Source: Minisyncoccota bacterium (GTDB lineage Bacteria > Patescibacteriota > Minisyncoccia > Phycocordibacterales > Phycocordibacteraceae). Taken from it: DNA of 64,000 bases. The notes below the pieces were generated by a model. The model saw only the letters and a list, made by a program, of their open reading frames with translations, was not told the origin of the DNA and searched no databases. A program made the translations under genes and the position numbers. Positions 27,541 through 36,406 of this stretch are shown one piece after another. The DNA lies in contig JALHQL010000001.1 of NCBI GenBank assembly GCA_022841985.1, positions 5,529 to 69,528 on the forward strand, read 5' to 3'. Each line of letters starts with the position of its first letter. Position 1 is the stretch's first letter.

Positions 27541-27562
27541 GAGCGCCTTCGGGCGCTTTTTG
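27541..27562 (+). terminator. Rho-independent terminator after ssrA
   Basis: GAGCGCC-ttcg-GGCGCTC followed by TTTTTGTTTTG. Confidence 0.5.
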
Positions 27563-27664
27563 TTTTGTGGAGGCGGAGCAAGCCTACTACCCACTCGCTT
27601 GACCTCTCCTTCAAAAAGCCATAGGCTCCGCGTGGATAGTTCCAAACCAATAGGAGGTGCTTAC

Positions 27665-28372
27665 ATGAGTGTAGGAAATTCCACAAGTCGTGATGCGGTA
27701 GCTGAATCGTTCATTCGATATGTATTAGAGATAGGCGCTATTGAGTTTCCCACTGAAGGACGGTCACTTCGTAGCGGCCGACTATCTCCTTACTTCTTCA
27801 ATTCGGGATTGTTCACAAAAGGAGAATACATAGGAAATCTCGCAGAACTCTACTCGCGCGCTATCCGTCTGCATACCCATCTCAATCCGGACGTGATTTT
27901 CGGTCCAGCGTACAAAGGCATTCCACTTGCGGTAACCATTGCCGAATCACTTGGCAGCTATGTTGAATATGCATTCAATCGCAAAGAACCAAAAGGTCAT
28001 GGTGAGGGAGGCGAGATCGTCGGGGCGACTCTCGAAGGGAAAAGGGTCGTCATAGTTGACGACGTCATCACTACAGGCGGCTCAGCGACAGAGGCTCTGG
28101 CGTCCGTACTGAAGCATGGCGGCATACCAGTCGGATGCGTAATAGCGTTTGATCGACAAGAACGGGCACATGATGAAAGTGATTACTCTGCAGTCCAGGA
28201 GTTCCATAGGAAAAATCGCATCCCCGTTTATTCAATTGCGACAACCTCTCATCTCATCGCATACCTCGAACAATCTCACACCCCGAAAATGTATCGGGAC
28301 ATCCCGAAGGAGATCGTCCTTGGAAAGCTCACCTCCTATTTTGAGAAGTACCGCAGCAAAATCTTGAGCTGA
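27665..28372 (+). CDS. pyrE: Orotate phosphoribosyltransferase. Start at ATG 27665 with SD AGGAGG (27651-27656); the ORF-track start at 27539 lies inside ssrA.
   Basis: Close match to E. coli PyrE across its length: RLSPYFFNSGLF (cf. KSGRKSPYFFNAGLF), FGPAYKGIPLAVTIA, FNRKEPKGHGEGGEIVGATLEGKRVVIVDDVITTGGS (PRPP-binding loop), DRQERAHDESD...AVQE. Confidence 0.85.
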   Translation: MSVGNSTSRDAVAESFIRYVLEIGAIEFPTEGRSLRSGRLSPYFFNSGLFTKGEYIGNLAELYSRAIRLHTHLNPDVIFGPAYKGIPLAVTIAESLGSYVEYAFNRKEPKGHGEGGEIVGATLEGKRVVIVDDVITTGGSATEALASVLKHGGIPVGCVIAFDRQERAHDESDYSAVQEFHRKNRIPVYSIATTSHLIAYLEQSHTPKMYRDIPKEIVLGKLTSYFEKYRSKILS

Positions 28373-28380
28373 ATACGACA

Positions 28381-28418
28381 ACCCCCGGCACGCTCCGCGT
28401 GCCGGGGGTTTCTCTTTT
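28381..28418. terminator. Bidirectional rho-independent terminator between pyrE (+) and typA (-)
   Basis: CCCCCGGCACG-ctcc-GCGTGCCGGGGG followed by TTTCTCTTTTT; A-rich on the other side. Confidence 0.5.
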
Positions 28419-28432
28419 TATGTTATTGAAAA

Positions 28433-30217
28433 TTAGCGACGGGCTTTCGCACGTTCAGTCTCAGTGAGATACTGTTTGCGCAGACGCACGCTCTTCGGCG
28501 TAATTTCAAGATACTCGTCATCTGTCATAATTTCCATGCCGCGCTCAATCGTGAGATCAAATATCGGTACCAAGGTGAGAGCTTCGTCCATGCCCGAGGA
28601 ACGGACGTTCGACTGATTCTTTCCCTTAGTCGGATTCGCTTGCATCTCTTCACCCTTAGAAGTATTGCCAATGACCATACCCTCATATACTTCCGTCGCC
28701 GGCTTGATGTACAACTGTCCGCGATCCTGGAGATACCAAAGCGAGTAGCCGAGCGCTTTCCCGGTCGCCATTGAAATCATCGAACCGACTTGGCGCTTCT
28801 TGATCTCTCCCGCATACGGCTTGAAACCGAGTACGCGTGAAGAAAGGATGCCCTCGCCCTTCGTATCGATGATGAACATATTCTTGTAGCCAAGGAGACC
28901 GCGCGTCGGACCCTCGAGTGTAAGGCGGACGATGTTACCGTGCTGAGTAAGATTCTGCAGTACGAACGCACGAGTGCCGAGCTTCTCGATGATGGCACCT
29001 TGAAATTCGGATGGCGTATCGATAATGACTTCTTCAAAAGGTTCTAGCTTCACTCCGCCTTCTTCGCGAATAATGACTTGTGGCTGGGAGACTTGGAGCT
29101 CATATCCCTCGCGGCGCATATTCTCGAGCAAGACAGCGATGTGGAGTTCGCCACGGCCGGATACGCGGAACAATTCTGCACTTCCGAAATCAATTTTGAG
29201 GCCGACATTCACTTCAAGCTCTTTCATAAGCCGATCGCGAATCTGGCGACTAGTCACATACTTCCCTTCTTTCCCAGCAAATGGGGAATTATTAACGAGG
29301 AAGTTGAGCGCGATAGTTGGCTCGTCCACCGCAATGGCTGGCAATGGCGCCGCCCCCTCATCTGTCGTCACCGTCTCACCGATATAAATGTCGGGAAGGC
29401 CGGCAATGAGTGCAATGTCTCCTGCTTTCGCCTCCGTAGTTTCGACACGATCGAGACCCTTGAAGGTAAAGACTTTTGTGGTACGTCCTGCACGCACCTC
29501 GCCATCCGGCTTTTTTATAAAGACGTTTTGATTGGGACGAACAGTTCCCGCATAAATGCGACCGACTGCGAGCCGACCCATAAAGTTATCATATGCGAGA
29601 TTGAAAGGCTGGAGCATCAGGGGCGCCTCAGCGTCGGCATTGAGATTTGCCGGTGGTACCTTTTCGAGAATGAGGTCAAGGAGCGGCGTAAGATCCTTCT
29701 TCTCATCGGTGAGATTCTTTATCGCAATACCTTCGCGCCCAATAGAATACATAACGGGGAAATCAGATTGCTCGTCGGACGCGCCAAGTTCAAGAAAGAG
29801 TTCGAGTACCTGCTCTTCAGAGCGGGCCGGATTAGCCGCTGGCTTATCGATTTTATTAAGTACGACGATTGGTTTTAGCCCGAGTTCCAAAGACTTCTTG
29901 AGTACGAAACGAGTCTGGGGCATAGGTCCTTCCTGCGCGTCGACAACGAGCAGCACCGAGTCGATCGAGCGCAGCACGCGCTCGACCTCGCTGCCGAAGT
30001 CCGCGTGGCCTGGCGTATCGACGATATTGATCTTCGTGCCTTTGTACTCAACTGCCGCGTTCTTGGCGTAAATGGTAATGCCGCGCTCAAGTTCGAGCGC
30101 GTTGGAATCCATCGACGTACCTTCAGAAGCAGCTCCGGTCTGCTTAAGGATGGCATCAGTAAGTGCCGTCTTTCCGTGGTCGACGTGTGCGATGATAGCG
30201 ATATTGCGTATCTCCAT
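28433..30217 (-). CDS. typA: Translational GTPase TypA/BipA. Start at the internal Met (MEIRNIAIIAHVDHGKT).
   Basis: G1 AHVDHGKT, G3 DTPGHADF, G4 NKID. EF-G-like domain order. Overall ~595 aa, typical of BipA. Confidence 0.85.
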   Translation of the reverse strand: MEIRNIAIIAHVDHGKTALTDAILKQTGAASEGTSMDSNALELERGITIYAKNAAVEYKGTKINIVDTPGHADFGSEVERVLRSIDSVLLVVDAQEGPMPQTRFVLKKSLELGLKPIVVLNKIDKPAANPARSEEQVLELFLELGASDEQSDFPVMYSIGREGIAIKNLTDEKKDLTPLLDLILEKVPPANLNADAEAPLMLQPFNLAYDNFMGRLAVGRIYAGTVRPNQNVFIKKPDGEVRAGRTTKVFTFKGLDRVETTEAKAGDIALIAGLPDIYIGETVTTDEGAAPLPAIAVDEPTIALNFLVNNSPFAGKEGKYVTSRQIRDRLMKELEVNVGLKIDFGSAELFRVSGRGELHIAVLLENMRREGYELQVSQPQVIIREEGGVKLEPFEEVIIDTPSEFQGAIIEKLGTRAFVLQNLTQHGNIVRLTLEGPTRGLLGYKNMFIIDTKGEGILSSRVLGFKPYAGEIKKRQVGSMISMATGKALGYSLWYLQDRGQLYIKPATEVYEGMVIGNTSKGEEMQANPTKGKNQSNVRSSGMDEALTLVPIFDLTIERGMEIMTDDEYLEITPKSVRLRKQYLTETERAKARR

Positions 30218-30318
30218 AGCGATAAAATAAAAATGAAAAATGGCCGCAGGGGCCGATGGGTTCAATATACAATAGAGAGGATTTTATGCAAGGTCAACAG
30301 TATGACGAATATAATTGC

Positions 30319-30903
30319 TCAACACTCTCTGTGCAGAAAAGAACGACGGTGGATAGCGCTCGGACCATACTTACGAAGCTGTGCATAGTGCGCTTTGGTG
30401 CCGTAGCCTTTATGCTTTTCAAAACCATATTCCGGATACCGCGCGGAGAGTTCAAGCATAAGCCGATCGCGACTCACTTTTGCTGCGATAGAAGCAAGTG
30501 AAATAATCGGGATGAGTGCGTCGCCATGGATGATAGTTTCTTGCGAATATTCGGACGGCGCGCGAAGCGCGCCGTCGAGCTTTACAGTTACAAGTGCTGC
30601 ATCTGGCGCAAGAGCATTCACGCCACGAGAAAGTGCGCTATGTACTGCCCTCACGATACCTTCCCTATCAATCATTTCGGCACTTTCGAACTCGACCGCA
30701 AATCGCACGTCGCCACGAGCAGAACGTGCTTCTAGCATTGCAAAAATTTTTTCACGCTTTTTTTCAGATATTTTTTTTGAATCCGCTACCCCTGGAAACT
30801 CCTGGGCGACATTAAATCCTTCAGGTACAGCAACTATTCCCACTGAGACTGGTCCCGCCAAAGGCCCTCTGCCAGCTTCATCCACTCCGAGCATAAATCG
30901 CAT
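30319..30903 (-). CDS. rnhB: Ribonuclease HII
   Basis: 194 aa. GVDEAGRGPLAGPV catalytic motif. C-terminal KSRDRLM...GYG motif. Confidence 0.85.
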   Translation of the reverse strand: MRFMLGVDEAGRGPLAGPVSVGIVAVPEGFNVAQEFPGVADSKKISEKKREKIFAMLEARSARGDVRFAVEFESAEMIDREGIVRAVHSALSRGVNALAPDAALVTVKLDGALRAPSEYSQETIIHGDALIPIISLASIAAKVSRDRLMLELSARYPEYGFEKHKGYGTKAHYAQLRKYGPSAIHRRSFLHREC

Positions 30904-30923
30904 ACAGAAAGTATACTATTCAC

Positions 30924-33900
30924 ATGGCATCGCGATTCATACATCTCCATACGCACAGTCACTACACATTCCTTCAGGCATTGCCAAAGGTGAACGAGTT
31001 AGTTGAGAAAGCGAAAAAAGAAGGAATGGACGCACTTGCGCTCACCGATGGCGGCAATATGCACGGCGCCATTGAGTTCTACAAGGACGCAACCAAAGAA
31101 GGTCTGAAGCCAATCCTTGGCGTTGATGCGTATCTCGCACCGCGTTCTCGAAAAGAGCGAGACCCGAGTATTGATGCGAAACGTTCGCGCATCGTACTTC
31201 TGGCAGAAAATAACGAAGGATATAAGAACCTCCTTGCCCTTGTCACAAAGTCATGGACGGAAGGTTTTTTTGAGCGCCCGCGCATGGATAAAGATTTGCT
31301 GCGCGAACATCATCGGGGAATTATCGCGCTTCTGCCTTCATTCGCGGGAGATATCGCGCAGCTCTTGCGCGCAGGCGACACAGATGGCGCCGCAGCTGCA
31401 CTTGCAGAATTTAAAGATATATTCGGTACCGACAATGTCTTTCTCGAAATCACGCACCATCCGCATGTTGCCGGACACGAAGCACTTATGAAAAAGATTG
31501 TGGAGCTCGCGCGCGCAAGCAACACGCCACTTGTCGCTCAACACGATGTCTACTATTTAAACCCTGACGATCGGGGCGCTACCGAGACCATGCGCCGCAT
31601 CCAGCAAGGCTCGCACGGCAGGAATGAAGACGAGGACTTCTCTTTCATCAGCGAGAAGCGTGCCCTCGAGCTTTTCAAGGACACTCCCGAAGCAATTGAT
31701 AACACGCGGAAAATCGCCGATCGTTGTAACCTTTCTTTTGATCTTGGGAAGTGGACATTCCCATCGGTGCCGGTATCGCCCAGTTTTAAAAATCATGATG
31801 AAGAGTTACGAGCGAAGGCATATGCCGGTATCGCCATAAGGAAACTTGAGGAGTCAAAAGAAGTTGTTGATCGCATTGAATATGAGTTAAAAATTATTAT
31901 CGGCAAAGGGTTCGCGGTGTATTACCTCATCGTCGCCGATCTGCTCGCCTTCGCCCGTGACAATGGCATCCTCACTACCACCAGAGGTTCGGCCGCAGGG
32001 AGCCTCGTCGCCTATCTTGTAGGTATCACTAACGTAAACCCGTTATTCTATAAGCTGCCTTTTGAGCGATTTCTCAACCCTGAGCGTCCAAAAGCGCCGG
32101 ATATCGACATGGACATAGCCGACAACCGCCGCGACGACATGATTGCGTATACAAAACAGAAGTATGGCGAAGATCATGTCGCACAAATTGGGACCTTCGG
32201 CACCATGATGGCACGAGCCGCGGTCCGAGACGTCGCCCGCGCTCTTGGACACGCCTACACGACCGGCGACCGCATTGCAAAACTCATTCCCATAGGTTCA
32301 CAGGGCTTCCCTATGACTATTGATCGTGCGCTTGAATTAGAACCTGATTTGAAGTCATTGTATGACGAAGACGATGATGCTCGCGAGATTATCGACCTTG
32401 CGAAACGCATTGAGGGCTGCGTGCGGCACGTTGGTGTCCATGCAGCAGGTGTTGTGGTAGCACCGACGCCGCTTGTCGAGTGGGCGCCCGTACAGCCCGA
32501 CCCGAAAGGCACCGGTAAAATCATCACCCAATACGATATGTACTCCATCACCGATGAGTACGGCGGCGTCGGACTTCTGAAGTTTGACTTTCTTGGTATT
32601 AAAAATCTCGCGATTCTCGCCGATGTCGTCGAGCGTGTCCGCGAGACACGCGGTGTCGAAGTCGACATTGAGAACGTCCCGATCGACGACCCAAAAACAT
32701 TTCAAATGCTCGCACGCGGAGAGACCGAGGGCACCTTCCAGTTAAACGGCTCTGGTATGACTCGCTGGCTTAAAGAGCTTCGACCGACCACTATCCACGA
32801 TATCAATGCCATGGTTGCTCTCTATCGCCCAGGTCCGATGGAAACGATTCCGCAATATATTGAACGCAAACATAATCCGAAACTCATCCGCTTCGTGGAC
32901 CCTAGGATGAAAGATTACCTTGATTTCTCCTACGGCCTTCTTGTGTATCAAGATGATGTTCTTCTTACCGCCATCACGCTCGCCGGTTACTCATGGCTTG
33001 AAGCAGATGCGCTACGTAAAGCCATGGGTAAAAAAATTCCTGCAGTCATGCAGGCGGAGAAAGAAAAGCTGCTCAAAGGTTTCGTTACCTATGGAAAACT
33101 CTCAAAAGAAAAAGCAGAGACGCTCTGGCTCTTGATTGAGCCCTTTGCAGCATACGGCTTCAACAAGGCGCATGCGGCGAGCTATGGGAAAGTCGCTTAT
33201 CAAACTGCTTATATGAAAGCGAACTACCCGGTTGAATATCTCTCCGCGCTTCTGACCGCCGATTCGGGCGACACGGAGCAAATCTCGATCTTTGTTGCTG
33301 AGGCGAAACGCATGGGTATCCCTGTGTTGCCGCCAGATGTCAACGAGAGCGGTAGCGTCTTCACTGTCGTCGGCGAACAAAAAGATGTCATTCGATTCGG
33401 TCTCTCATCTATCAAGAACTTCGGCGATGGGATTTCAGAAGCCATCATCACCGAACGGAAAACGCACGGTCCTTTTACAACACTTTCCGATTTTCTTTCC
33501 CGTGTTGGTTCGAAAAACCTGACAAAGAAATCCCTTGAGTCACTTATAAAATGTGGCGCGCTTGACTCTCTCAGCCCGCAAGAAGGCGGTCGTGGCACTT
33601 TGCTTGAAAGTATTGAGACCATGCTTGCTTTCCATCGCGAAGCAACTGCCCTTGCACCGCAGGACTCACTTTTCGGCGCGATCATGAAGCCGCCGCCACT
33701 CACTCTCCCTGCCGGCAAGCGCATATCGCTCATGGACAAACTTATTTGGGAGAAAGAATTGCTTGGTATCTACGTAAGCGGTCACCCACTTGAGGTGCAT
33801 CAAGAAATCGCCAAAAAAGCAGTCCTCTCAATTGCAAAAATAAAAGCGGAACCGCAATCAGGAATGTTGCTTATCTTGCCAGTACTCGTGTCGGTCGTGC

Positions 33901-34106
33901 GCTCGCTCCTTACTAAAAGCGGCGAGAAGATGGCATTTATCACCGTCGAAGATACTACTGATTCAATTGAGGCGGTCATCTTCCCAAAACTATTTAAAGA
34001 ACATGCGGCCGCGATAGTCCCTGGCGCGTGCCTCCTCGTAAAAGGAAAAGTCTCGGTCCGAAACGGCGAGACCTCGCTTGCAATCGAAGGCATTAAAATG
34101 CTGTAA
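30924..34106 (+). CDS. dnaE: DNA polymerase III alpha subunit (DnaE), compact form
   Basis: 1060 aa. N-terminal PHP domain (FIHLHTHSHYTFL). Polymerase core motifs (GSAAGSLVAYLVGIT, FLNPERPKAPDIDMD, VHAAGVVV). C-terminal OB domain. Confidence 0.9.
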   Translation: MASRFIHLHTHSHYTFLQALPKVNELVEKAKKEGMDALALTDGGNMHGAIEFYKDATKEGLKPILGVDAYLAPRSRKERDPSIDAKRSRIVLLAENNEGYKNLLALVTKSWTEGFFERPRMDKDLLREHHRGIIALLPSFAGDIAQLLRAGDTDGAAAALAEFKDIFGTDNVFLEITHHPHVAGHEALMKKIVELARASNTPLVAQHDVYYLNPDDRGATETMRRIQQGSHGRNEDEDFSFISEKRALELFKDTPEAIDNTRKIADRCNLSFDLGKWTFPSVPVSPSFKNHDEELRAKAYAGIAIRKLEESKEVVDRIEYELKIIIGKGFAVYYLIVADLLAFARDNGILTTTRGSAAGSLVAYLVGITNVNPLFYKLPFERFLNPERPKAPDIDMDIADNRRDDMIAYTKQKYGEDHVAQIGTFGTMMARAAVRDVARALGHAYTTGDRIAKLIPIGSQGFPMTIDRALELEPDLKSLYDEDDDAREIIDLAKRIEGCVRHVGVHAAGVVVAPTPLVEWAPVQPDPKGTGKIITQYDMYSITDEYGGVGLLKFDFLGIKNLAILADVVERVRETRGVEVDIENVPIDDPKTFQMLARGETEGTFQLNGSGMTRWLKELRPTTIHDINAMVALYRPGPMETIPQYIERKHNPKLIRFVDPRMKDYLDFSYGLLVYQDDVLLTAITLAGYSWLEADALRKAMGKKIPAVMQAEKEKLLKGFVTYGKLSKEKAETLWLLIEPFAAYGFNKAHAASYGKVAYQTAYMKANYPVEYLSALLTADSGDTEQISIFVAEAKRMGIPVLPPDVNESGSVFTVVGEQKDVIRFGLSSIKNFGDGISEAIITERKTHGPFTTLSDFLSRVGSKNLTKKSLESLIKCGALDSLSPQEGGRGTLLESIETMLAFHREATALAPQDSLFGAIMKPPPLTLPAGKRISLMDKLIWEKELLGIYVSGHPLEVHQEIAKKAVLSIAKIKAEPQSGMLLILPVLVSVVRSLLTKSGEKMAFITVEDTTDSIEAVIFPKLFKEHAAAIVPGACLLVKGKVSVRNGETSLAIEGIKML

Positions 34107-34179
34107 AACAGTTGGTCTCGCCATCCCTCGCCGTAAAACGGACGGAGCGTTCTAGTCGATTCCGGTAAATCGTTCCCTG

Positions 34180-35745
34180 CTATACCGCTTGGGAAATACG
34201 GGCGACGACAAGTTCGTGAGGGAGACTCGCAAGAAACCATCCGGCTTTGGGACCTGAATCGCGATTGAGGAAGATGCGATAGATGGCCTGAAAAAGTTCT
34301 TTCGGCTGTATAGGAATCTCGGTCTTGAGCTCATGAAGACGCAAATGAAGTTCTTCGCCCGAACGCGCACCTTCCTGAAGAAATGCAGCAAGTGCTGAGA
34401 GCGCCTTCTTTTGCGTATCGGAAAGTTCGACATTCGGCATTTCTTCTTGTAATTCATATTTAAATTCTTCTGGGGCGTAGGTTGAAAGCCAGAATTTGGC
34501 ATACCGCGCACGCTCTTCGAGCATCGACGCCTCATCTTCATTCAGTGCACTTCCCTTTGTTCTCATTGCTTCTTCTTTGAGTGAAAGATGTGCCATTTGT
34601 ACGATGAATGCGACTTCGCGGAAGCGCATTACCCAGGGGGCAGTAAGTGCCGCGCGACTCTCTGGAAGCTCACAGAGCGCAAAGAGACGCGAGTAATCAT
34701 CTGCCTTCCCTTCGCGCACACCAAGAGCCAGTTCATCATACCAGTCATAGAGCCGTGGCACTGATTCCCCTGCAGGATCAATATCGATCTGCTCGCGAAT
34801 ATCTTTCCCGATGAGTGCAAGACGGAAAATTTGAGGTGGGAAAAGATCGCACATATCTTTAGCGCTACTCCCGCGACCTTTTGAGGAAGACATTTTCTTT
34901 CCGCCAACAAGAAAGAATTCATAGGGTATATCGAAGGGCGGTTCCTGGCCGAACACTTCACGACAAATATGATTCGCAACGTCGCGCGAACCGCCTTTAG
35001 TTGAGTGATCCTTACCACCTCCCTCGATGTCGACACCTTGTGCAATCCACTTCGCAGCCCAATCAACTTTCCAGAAAAGCTTCGCTGCTCCTTTCCATGG
35101 AGCAGCACGACTTGTATGCCCACAACTCTTCACCTCGTCCAGATTCTTGTCGCACGCATACCCGACGGTCTGACCATCATAATCGTATGCACGGGTCGTC
35201 ATTATCTTTCCGCACGCTTCACATACAACGGAAATCGGAAGCCATGACTCATCTTTCACAGATCCGGAAACCTCTTTCAGAATGCGCCGCACATCGTTCG
35301 CGCGCGCAAGTGCACTCTCGATAAACGGATCCATCTTCCCCGACTGATACAATTCAGTTGCGCGATAATAGCTCGGGGTAAAACCGGCTTTTTGGTGCAC
35401 TCCGACGAATTCATCGCCAAAATATTCTGCGTAATTCTTAAAACCCGGCTCTGGGCTCGGGACTGTATATAAAGGCTTTCCGAGATGCTCTCTGAATTTC
35501 TCCGCATCAAGGTAACCCGGTATCGAATCGAAGGGATCAAAGTCATTGAGCTCGAAACGAAACTCATTTGCTATACCTTGTTCCGAAAAAACTTCTGAAA
35601 TAAGACTATGTATTGCGACACCTCGCATACTCCCGACGTGCACCCGACCGGAGAGTGTCTTCTCATCGCGAATAAGAAACGTCTTTCCGTTCCGAGGCGT
35701 ACGCGTATTCCGGATCTCGCTCGCTATGCGGTCAGCCCACAACAT
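34180..35745 (-). CDS. lysK: Lysine--tRNA ligase, class I (archaeal-type LysK)
   Basis: 521 aa. Class I HIGH-region variant GRVHVGSMRG (cf. VHVGNFRE in class I LysRS). KMSKS variant KMSSSKG. Zn-binding Cys cluster CEACGKIM...C. About 520 aa is typical of class I LysRS. Confidence 0.8.
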   Translation of the reverse strand: MLWADRIASEIRNTRTPRNGKTFLIRDEKTLSGRVHVGSMRGVAIHSLISEVFSEQGIANEFRFELNDFDPFDSIPGYLDAEKFREHLGKPLYTVPSPEPGFKNYAEYFGDEFVGVHQKAGFTPSYYRATELYQSGKMDPFIESALARANDVRRILKEVSGSVKDESWLPISVVCEACGKIMTTRAYDYDGQTVGYACDKNLDEVKSCGHTSRAAPWKGAAKLFWKVDWAAKWIAQGVDIEGGGKDHSTKGGSRDVANHICREVFGQEPPFDIPYEFFLVGGKKMSSSKGRGSSAKDMCDLFPPQIFRLALIGKDIREQIDIDPAGESVPRLYDWYDELALGVREGKADDYSRLFALCELPESRAALTAPWVMRFREVAFIVQMAHLSLKEEAMRTKGSALNEDEASMLEERARYAKFWLSTYAPEEFKYELQEEMPNVELSDTQKKALSALAAFLQEGARSGEELHLRLHELKTEIPIQPKELFQAIYRIFLNRDSGPKAGWFLASLPHELVVARISQAV

Positions 35746-35781
35746 GAATCCATCGTATCACCTAGTAGGTGATTTGCTAAA

Positions 35782-36255
35782 TTATGCTACTTTCTCGATC
35801 GTATACGTTTGCTTGCCGTTCGGCGTACTGAAAGCAAAGACATCACCCTTCTTCTTTCCCATAAGCGCAGCCCCAAGAGGGGACAGGTGAGAAAGCTTTT
35901 TCACACGCATATCAGCCTCTTCACTACCGACGATAATGTATTCATGCACATCCGCACTCCCCTCTTTTCTTATTGAAACTTTTGAGCCGAAGCTAACCTC
36001 GTTTTTCTTTTTACCATCAGTAATGATTTTTGTGTACTTCACCAATTCTTCGAGTTTCTTGATGCGCTCTTCAGCCGCAGCTTGCAAATCACGCGCTTCT
36101 TGATACTCGGCATTTTCTGAGAGATCACCGAGCGAACGAGCATATTCGAGATTCTTCGCAATCTCAGTGCGACGCACTGTTTTCAAGTGCTCAAGCTCGT
36201 GTATCATCTCATCGAATTTCTCTTGTGATACGACGGTATTTTGTGCATCGGACAT
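35782..36255 (-). CDS. greA: Transcription elongation factor GreA
   Basis: 157 aa. Coiled-coil N-terminal domain with acidic finger (RSLGDLSENAEYQEA). C-terminal FKBP-like domain. Confidence 0.85.
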   Translation of the reverse strand: MSDAQNTVVSQEKFDEMIHELEHLKTVRRTEIAKNLEYARSLGDLSENAEYQEARDLQAAAEERIKKLEELVKYTKIITDGKKKNEVSFGSKVSIRKEGSADVHEYIIVGSEEADMRVKKLSHLSPLGAALMGKKKGDVFAFSTPNGKQTYTIEKVA

Positions 36256-36350
36256 AATGAAGTATTAAAAAATTATAAAGGGACGTTGTGTGTGCGCATT
36301 GTACGCGAGCAATACGAGAGTGCAATAGCTGTACTGATGTGACAATACAT

Positions 36351-36383
36351 AATAAAAGGGGATGAGTCGCGTGACCCATCCCC
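36351..36383 (-). terminator. Rho-independent terminator of ppdK
   Basis: Minus sense GGGGATGGGTCACGCGACTCATCCCC followed by TTTTATT. Confidence 0.6.
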
Positions 36384-36406
36384 CTGTCCACGAATTTCAC
36401 GTGGCG

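Noticed and set aside
27315-27686. ORFs 27315-27686 (-), 27370-27624 (+), 27448-27645 (-) and the 27539 start of the pyrE ORF
   Set aside because: They overlap the tmRNA. pyrE has a proper SD and ATG at 27665.
29078-30071. Plus-strand 266-aa and 171-aa ORFs inside typA
   Set aside because: Antisense to the GTPase, with no motifs.
32255-33739. Minus-strand ORFs (137, 116, 171 aa) inside dnaE
   Set aside because: Antisense artefacts within a 1060-aa gene with continuous homology.
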